Shown: positions 57,505 to 64,000 of the stretch, piece after piece
How the letters are laid out: every line of letters starts with the position of its first letter
How positions within the stretch are numbered: position 1 is the first letter of the stretch
Program-made: the position numbers and the translations under genes
Notes under the pieces: model-generated
The model's input: the letters and a program-made list of their open reading frames with translations, nothing else
Databases searched by the model: none
Told to the model about the DNA's origin: nothing
Assembly: GCF_000009045.1 (NCBI RefSeq)
Contig: NC_000964.3
Location: 2,170,001 to 2,234,000 of the forward strand
DNA length: 64,000 nucleotides
Direction of reading: 5' to 3'
Source of the DNA: Bacillus subtilis subsp. subtilis str. 168
GTDB lineage: Bacteria; Bacillota; Bacilli; Bacillales; Bacillaceae

Positions 57505-58722
57505 ATGATCGATCCTGTTCAAACTAAGCGTCACTCAGATGAAAACCTTAAAGAATGGAAAATAAGAATCTGCTCTAATAAAGACATTTATAATCTAAAC
57601 TGGGAAGAAATCAAAGAGTTAATCAACAAGGAAACTGGTGAATCTAAAGGTGAATCAGCTTATAGAAAATGGTTCAACAACTTCATTGAAGGAGTTGAAT
57701 ACCAACGAGAAAGGTCAGATGAATCAAATAATTCTCTCCTTGAATTGGAACTGAAAAAGGTTGAAATCATGGAAGAGAGAAAAAAGCTTCAAGCTGTAAA
57801 GCATGAAATACATAAAAACACACGCGTCAAAGGCCGAACAGAGCTGCTATATGAAAATGTAACTGAAGCAATTGAGAAAGTAGGTACTCTCCCTCCCCCT
57901 TCCTTCTATCCATTAAATAAGAACGAAAGAAAAAGAGCTGCTGTTCTAGGGTTTGGAGATGAACACTTCGGGAAGCAATTTAAAAGCAACAACAATGAAT
58001 ACAACGAACAGATTTATTTGCAGCGTATGAATCAGATTCTTTCTGAAACTGTTGAGTACATTCAAAAAGAAAATTTAGATGAGCTGGTCGTGTTAAATGG
58101 TGCTGACAGTGTTGAAGGTATGGCATTGCGCGTATCGCAATTAACTGCCCTTCAGTACGGGTTTATTGACCAAGTGATAAAATACTCTAGGTACAAAGCT
58201 GAATGGCTTTTAGAACTTTCTAAGCACGTCAAAATTAAGTACATACATATCCCTTCTGCAAATCATACTGAACTAAGATTACATAATACAAATCGCTCGG
58301 AAATGCCTAAAGAAGATGTAGAGCGTATTATAGCTACTTATATCCATGACGTACTCAAAGACAATGAGCGAATTGAAGTTCCTTTATACGACGAAGGAAT
58401 TGTGGATTTTAAATTACTTGAATTTGAAATTGTCGCATGTCACGGACACCAGATTAAAAACAAAAAGAATGCCATTCGTGACATCTCACAGATGAAACGA
58501 AAATTCTACGATTACATGTACATCTCCCACTTCCACCACGGAAACATGCTCACTGTAGGTGAAGCAGCCACTCATAATATCCAAGTTATACAACTCCCTT
58601 CTGTAATGGGTTCCGATGAATACAGTGACAGCTTAATGACAGGTGCCAAAGCTGGAGCAAACCTTTCAATTTATGAGTCCGGTAAAGGTCGGATTATTCA
58701 ATACGATTACATATTAAATTAA
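57505..58722 (+). CDS. yonJ: Calcineurin-like metallophosphoesterase
   Basis: GDEHFG, GADSVEG, SANH, CHGH, SHFHH motifs. Confidence 0.85.
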   Translation: MIDPVQTKRHSDENLKEWKIRICSNKDIYNLNWEEIKELINKETGESKGESAYRKWFNNFIEGVEYQRERSDESNNSLLELELKKVEIMEERKKLQAVKHEIHKNTRVKGRTELLYENVTEAIEKVGTLPPPSFYPLNKNERKRAAVLGFGDEHFGKQFKSNNNEYNEQIYLQRMNQILSETVEYIQKENLDELVVLNGADSVEGMALRVSQLTALQYGFIDQVIKYSRYKAEWLLELSKHVKIKYIHIPSANHTELRLHNTNRSEMPKEDVERIIATYIHDVLKDNERIEVPLYDEGIVDFKLLEFEIVACHGHQIKNKKNAIRDISQMKRKFYDYMYISHFHHGNMLTVGEAATHNIQVIQLPSVMGSDEYSDSLMTGAKAGANLSIYESGKGRIIQYDYILN

Positions 58723-58751
58723 AGAAGGCTCCTATTAGGCCTTCTTTAATT
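58717..58751. terminator. Bidirectional terminator between yonJ and yonI
   Basis: AATTAAAGAAGGC ... GCCTTCTTTAATT. Confidence 0.7.
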
Positions 58752-58755
58752 AGGT

Positions 58756-59166
58756 TTATCTTGTAAATCCCTCTAAGTCTTTAACGTGAGTAGATACATC
58801 TTTTATAAAGTCAATTGTTTCAGGCGAATCATTCAAGTAATCAACTGTCAATAATTCCTTTTCTTTAATCTCACTGATGAGATTTCTAATAACATTTTGA
58901 AGCTCAGTTTTTTTATCTGTAATGAAATAATACTTAACTCGATTACCCTCACGTGAAATTCCTAATCGATCAACTGGCTGTGTAGATAATTTATTTAATA
59001 CACCTCGAAGAACTCCATTTCTATATTCACCATTCTTAACAAGTTCAGGTATCTTTTTTGCTAGTTCTTCAAGCAGCTCTTTTTCTGTAAGAGGGTGTTT
59101 TGAACCCTTTAAAATCACTGGTATATTTTTACGTACAAGATCTGATAATGTAACTTTGTTTTCCAT
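58756..59166 (-). CDS. yonI: Putative winged-helix DNA-binding protein (136 aa)
   Basis: GGGGAG RBS; HPLTEKELLEEL helix pattern; antisense within the late region. Confidence 0.75.
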   Translation of the reverse strand: MENKVTLSDLVRKNIPVILKGSKHPLTEKELLEELAKKIPELVKNGEYRNGVLRGVLNKLSTQPVDRLGISREGNRVKYYFITDKKTELQNVIRNLISEIKEKELLTVDYLNDSPETIDFIKDVSTHVKDLEGFTR

Positions 59167-59285
59167 AACGTGATCTCCCCTTTAGATATCGTAATACATA
59201 AATAGTGTAATCCACTTTTTTATCAGATGTCAACATCCAATAGTGGATTTTTAAACCTAAAGTTAAACTATTAATCTTTTTTTGA

Positions 59286-59301
59286 TAAAACTTTAATTTT
59301 A
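59286..59301. repeat. TAAAA-N6-TTTTA boundary site
   Basis: TAAAActttaaTTTTA, intergenic yonI/yonH. Confidence 0.7.
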
Positions 59302-59384
59302 TTTAGATTGGAGTCGCATTAATGGTTGACTGCAAAAAGGTTTATTAAAGTAATACAAAAAAACGATTGAGGATGAAGAAGAAA

Positions 59385-59885
59385 ATGACGAATGAAGACT
59401 TTAAATATCTGAATAAGCACTTAGAAACACTTGCCCAACTCAAGCAGTCTGGATACAAATGTGATAAAGAGATATCTACTGTTATTAGTAAATTACATAA
59501 ACTAATGGGACTTGCATCAAAATCAAAAGTTAATTTTTACACTTTAGGTAGCAATGTTGAAAACGAAAACATTGCTGATTATAAAATAGGCGTAGATTCT
59601 CCAAAAGGAAATAGGTTGTTAATCGTTGATCCCCGGACAGATTGTACAACAGTTTTACTTGTTAATGTTAAAGACTCCAAATTTGAAAATATTAAAAGAA
59701 GAATAGCTTCTCAGACATTCGGATATCAAGCAGACCTATTGGTTCAGATTTTAAAAGAAAAACGCCCTGACAAACTGTTGATTGATACATGTGGAATTGG
59801 TAAAGGGTTAATGGACATGGTGATTGAAAAGTTAAAAACACAAGATATCGAAATGTCTCCCAGTGGTGATTTGACCTATAGTTAA
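59385..59885 (+). CDS. yonH: Protein resembling the terminase RNase-H-like nuclease domain
   Basis: [26 protein letters not shown] aligns by eye with the YonF C-terminal domain. Confidence 0.78.
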
Positions 59886-59898
59886 GCACCTTTTTAGA

Positions 59899-59947
59899 AC
59901 GCCCAGCGAAGATTGCGGTACTCCCCTTCCGCTCTATTGCTGGGCGT
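59899..59947 (+). terminator. Hairpin after yonH
   Basis: ACGCCCAGC ... GCTGGGCGT followed by T's. Confidence 0.5.
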
Positions 59948-59987
59948 TTCGTAAAATGTGTTTACATAAACTTTATGGAGGTGAAAT

Positions 59988-60908
59988 ATGTCTGCTGAAA
60001 AAATAAAATGCTCATGCTGCGGCAAAGAACAAAATGCCAATCAATATTATATATCGGAATCTCCTTTCAATTCTGCAACAGGCAAACTGTCAGTATGTAA
60101 GAGCTGTCTCCAAAATGAATTCCAAAAAGACAAAGATAACTTAAAGAATGTTCAAAACATCTTAAGAATGATTGACCGTCCTTTTGTTTACGACTTGTGG
60201 GTTTCCGCTGTTAATGAATCAGAGTCCAAGAAAAAATCAGCTGGAAATGTGTTAGGTACTTATATGAAAAATATCGGAATGAAAGATTACAAGTCAAAAA
60301 CTTGGGCAGACAGTGAGTTTGACTTTGAAGAAGAACAAGAATATACAACACAATTGTTACTAGCTAAAAGTACAGAAGATATATCTAAGGAAGACATAGA
60401 TGAATTAATGCAATTCTGGGGTCGTGGTCTTGATGTTGAAGATTATATTTGGCTTCAGAATGAGTACATTGACTTCACGAATAGGTATGAATGCGACTCT
60501 AAGGGAATGGAACTTCTTATAAATGAAATATGTTTGACTCGGCTAGATATACGCAAACGGCGTGAAAATGGTGAAAAAGTCGATCAGCAGCAAAAAACTC
60601 TTCAAGATTTACTTGGGTCAAGTAATTTAAAACCCGTTCAAGAAACTGGAGCAAGTGGAGTTGAACAAGAGTCTTTTGGCACTCTGATCAAAAAATATGA
60701 GAATGAGAGACCTATTCCTGAGCCAGAGCCTAGATGGAAAGATCCTGATAAAATCGGGAAATACATTAAGGTATTTTTCCTTGGGCATCTGTCTCGAATG
60801 CTTGGTTTGAAAAATCAATATTCAGAGGAATATTGGGAAGAAATGAATAAGCATACTGTTGAAGAACCTGTTGCAGAAGAAGAGGATCGAGAAAATGACC
60901 TCACATAA
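59988..60908 (+). CDS. yonG: Zn-finger protein, probable terminase small subunit
   Basis: CSCC..CKSC N-terminus; immediately precedes and overlaps the large terminase. Confidence 0.78.
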
Positions 60909-62664
60909 AAATTTTACAACAGATCGCAACAAGCACAGTCGAGGAATCAATATTTTTAAAAAGGGAAACAACTTTAAAAAGAAATCAAAATCTGAAAGAT
61001 TAATGGATGGTATCGGCGCATGGACTTCTTTCTATAGAGCAAACCCACATCGTTTTGTAAAAGAATACTTGGGTATTACACTTAAATTGTTTCAATGTAT
61101 TTTAATTTACATGATGGTACATAACCATTATTTTATGTACCTGGCCAGTCGTGGGCAGGGTAAAACTTGGCTAACCTCTGTATACTGCTGTGTGCAAGCC
61201 ATACTCTTCCCAGGTACTAAAATAGTTATCGCATCGGGCACAAAGGGACAAGCTCGTGAAGTCATAGAGAAAATTGATGACTTACGCAAAGAATCACCTA
61301 ATTTAAGGCGAGAAATTGAAGATTTAAAAACCTCAACAAATGATGCTAAAGTGGAGTTTCATAATGGCAGCTGGATTAAAATCGTAGCCTCAAATGATGG
61401 CGCCCGCTCCAAGCGTGCAAACCTCCTTATTGTAGATGAATTCAGAATGGTTGATTTTGAAATCATCAGTAAAGTACTTCGAAAATTCCTGACAGCTCCC
61501 CGTTCTCCTAAATATCTCGAAAAAGAAGAATACGCTCACTTAAAAGAACGAAACAAAGAAATTTACTTGTCTTCCTGCTGGTACAAGGTTCATTGGTCAT
61601 TTAACAGATTCATAACTTACTACAATGCCATGATGAAAGGATCAAAATATTTTGTGTGTGGTCTCCCTTATCAGATCGCAATTAAAGAAGGTCTTTTGGA
61701 TAAAGATCAGGTTAGAGATGAAATGGCCGAAGAAGACTTTGATCCTATCGGTTGGTCTATGGAAATGGAAGCTCTCTGGTTTGGTGAATCTGAAAAAGCC
61801 TATTTTAAATTCGAAGACATTGAAAAGAACCGCAAGCTTGCTTCTCCCCTCTTCCCTCCTGACTATTACAGTCTAATCAAGGATTCCAACTTCAAATATG
61901 AAGGCAAGAAACCAGGAGAAATTAGACTGGTAAGCAATGATATCGCTGGAATGGCCGGTAAGGATAATGATGCCAGTGTTTACACTGTATTCAGACTGAT
62001 TCCAAACTCCAATGGATATGATCGTCATATTGTATACATGGAGAGCATCGTAGGTGGTCACACAGGAACTCAAGCAACAAGAATTAGACAAATATACGAA
62101 GATTATGATTGCGATTATATTGTATTAGATACTCAAAGTATCGGACTTGGTGTGTATGATGCATTATGCCAGCCTTTATATGATAAAGAACGTGCAAAAG
62201 AATATGAGCCATTTTCATGTATTAACGATGAAAGAATGGCTGCGCGTTGTACTTATCAAAATGCTGAAAAAGTAATTTATAGCATTAAAGGTAATGCACA
62301 ATTGAACAGCGAAATTGCGGTATTACTAAAAGATGGATTCAAACGAGGAAAAATCAAAATTCCTATCAACGAAAATGAAGGAAAAGAATACCTGAAAAGA
62401 TTTAAAGGCTATGAAGGGCTATCTCCTGAAGTTAAAGGAAAATTCCTTTCAAGCTATGCTCAGATTACCCTTCTAATAAATGAAATGATCAACTTAGAAG
62501 CTGAATATAGCGATAACGGACAAGTTAAGCTTAAAGAGCCAAAGAGTAAACGAAAAGACAGATATAGCTCAGTGGCTTATGGCAACTATATTGCTACTGT
62601 ATTAGAAAGACAGTTAAACAAACAAACTGAATATGACGTTGAAGATGAATTAGTCTATTTTTAA
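60895..62664 (+). CDS. yonF: Terminase large subunit
   Basis: ASRGQGKT Walker A, IVDE Walker B, C-terminal KDRYS nuclease motif. Confidence 0.93.
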
Positions 62665-62681
62665 AAGAAATGAGGTGAAAC

Positions 62682-64000
62682 ATGGTAACCTTAAATAAAG
62701 TTGACATTGAGTCTGAAGAGTATAAGCAAATGCTGAATGACTATTCAACTTATACTTCTACATTTGCTTCCGGCTTTATCTCAAATATGTTTTCCAATGG
62801 CATTGTTACGGAAATTGAGGCCGAACAATTAAAGAATTACTTTTCTAACCCCGATGAATTTCAAGAAGAAATTGAAGATCTTGCTCAGTATTTTTACATT
62901 TCGACTGCTGAGATTCACCAATTGTTTGAATTGATTGAAGCCCTCCCTACCCTCAACTATAAAATTGACTCCTTTAATAAAGTTAAGTCTTCAGATAAGC
63001 ATATTTCCCTTTTGAATAAATCCTTACATAAGGTTAAGCACAAAAGACTTACTAGGGATCTGTTAAAACAGGTAGCTACAGCTGGTACTCTTGTTGGTAT
63101 ATGGCTTGGGGATGCTAAGAGCCCGTATCCGTTTATTTTTGATGAAATTAAATATGTATTCCCCTCCTTTAGAAGAAACGGAGACTGGGTATGTGTAGTT
63201 GACATGGAGCTGTTCACTAAGTATAAAGATGATCAAAGAAACGAATTGTTAAAAAGCCTCTCCCCTTATATTAAACAAAGCGATTATGAAAACTTCATGA
63301 AAGATCGAGAGAAATATCGGTTTAAGGAATTGCCACAAGAAAGAACTTTTCCACTACGCACAGGGACGCTAAAAAGAAATCAAGGATTGGGAACATCTTG
63401 GGTTACACCAGGTCTATATGACGTTCTCCATAAAAAGAAACTTAAAGATGTTGAAAGATCGATTGCAAATAAAATTATTAACGCTGTTGCAGTTCTAACG
63501 ATTGGAACAGATAAAGGTAATGGCGAATACACAAACATGAAGCTGCCTAAAGCAGTTAAACAAAAAATTCATGGTGGCGTTAAAACGGCTTTGGAAAAAA
63601 ACCAAAAAGATGGAGTGACTGTAGTATCAATCCCTGACTTTGCTGATATCAATTTTCCAGATGTTAAAGCAGATGGATTAGATGGAGCAAAATTTGATCA
63701 TATCAATAGCGACATTCAATCTGCTTACGGATTATCCGGCTCTCTTTTAAATGGTGATGGCGGTAACTACGCAACTTCGTCATTAAACTTGGATACATTT
63801 TATAAGCGTATTGGCGTTTTAATGGAGGATATTGAACAAGAGGTTTATCAAAAGTTATTCAACCTTGTTTTGCCTGCTGCCCAAAAAGACAATTACTATA
63901 TGAATTACGATAAAGACAAGCCGCTCACTCTTAAAGAAAAAATGGACATCTTAATTAAATTAAACGATAAGGGCTGGTCTATTAAGCACGTAGTTGACAA
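62682..64000 (+). CDS. yonE: Portal protein (runs off the window end)
   Basis: GAGGTGA RBS, ATG at 62682, open frame to the window edge, follows the terminase. Confidence 0.8.
   Translation, partial: MVTLNKVDIESEEYKQMLNDYSTYTSTFASGFISNMFSNGIVTEIEAEQLKNYFSNPDEFQEEIEDLAQYFYISTAEIHQLFELIEALPTLNYKIDSFNKVKSSDKHISLLNKSLHKVKHKRLTRDLLKQVATAGTLVGIWLGDAKSPYPFIFDEIKYVFPSFRRNGDWVCVVDMELFTKYKDDQRNELLKSLSPYIKQSDYENFMKDREKYRFKELPQERTFPLRTGTLKRNQGLGTSWVTPGLYDVLHKKKLKDVERSIANKIINAVAVLTIGTDKGNGEYTNMKLPKAVKQKIHGGVKTALEKNQKDGVTVVSIPDFADINFPDVKADGLDGAKFDHINSDIQSAYGLSGSLLNGDGGNYATSSLNLDTFYKRIGVLMEDIEQEVYQKLFNLVLPAAQKDNYYMNYDKDKPLTLKEKMDILIKLNDKGWSIKHVVD

Larger units (their letters stand above)
1..64000. mobile_element. 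Internal segment of Bacillus subtilis SPbeta prophage
   Basis: Phage replisome, arbitrium locus with GMPRGA peptide, YonO RNA polymerase, terminase and portal in the SPbeta gene order; no att sites or integrase in the window. Confidence 0.98.

Noticed and set aside
1161-63217. Numerous 60-110 aa ORFs antisense to long genes (for example 1489, 6425, 10460, 16147, 29743, 45881, 55288, 62957)
   Set aside because: Shadow frames of well-supported genes on the opposite strand, with no RBS or motif support

Overview
The whole window is the central part of a Bacillus subtilis SPbeta prophage; gene order and protein lengths match the strain-168 SPbeta yorZ-yonE segment as I recall it. On the - strand (1-51400) it carries the multispecific DNA methylase mtbP, nucleotide-metabolism genes and a phage replisome (DnaE polymerase yorL, RecJ yorK, primase yorJ, helicase yorI, annealase yorG, SSB-like yorF). 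A long run of small accessory yoq/yop genes follows, then the sro/yopM-yopR repression operon (MrpR), the arbitrium locus (aimR-aimP-aimX), a predicted defence block (yopH SieB-like, yopC RES, yopA HEPN) and the yonT-yoyJ/SR6 toxin-antitoxin locus. On the + strand (52300-64000) it carries the single-subunit RNA polymerase yonO, HU-like yonN, and the start of the packaging region (terminase yonF, portal yonE, truncated by the window edge). Two signals stand out that the gene list does not explain. (1) A 1.7-kb ORF-free interval between yonN and yonK is densely base-paired, with G-U wobbles and UUCG tetraloops that point to a large structured + strand RNA. (2) A 16-bp TAAAA-N6-TTTTA site recurs at 15 gene boundaries and delimits single- or few-gene blocks like a cassette array. 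All coordinates and counts were read by eye, with no searches run; gene symbols come from my recollection of the SPbeta annotation.
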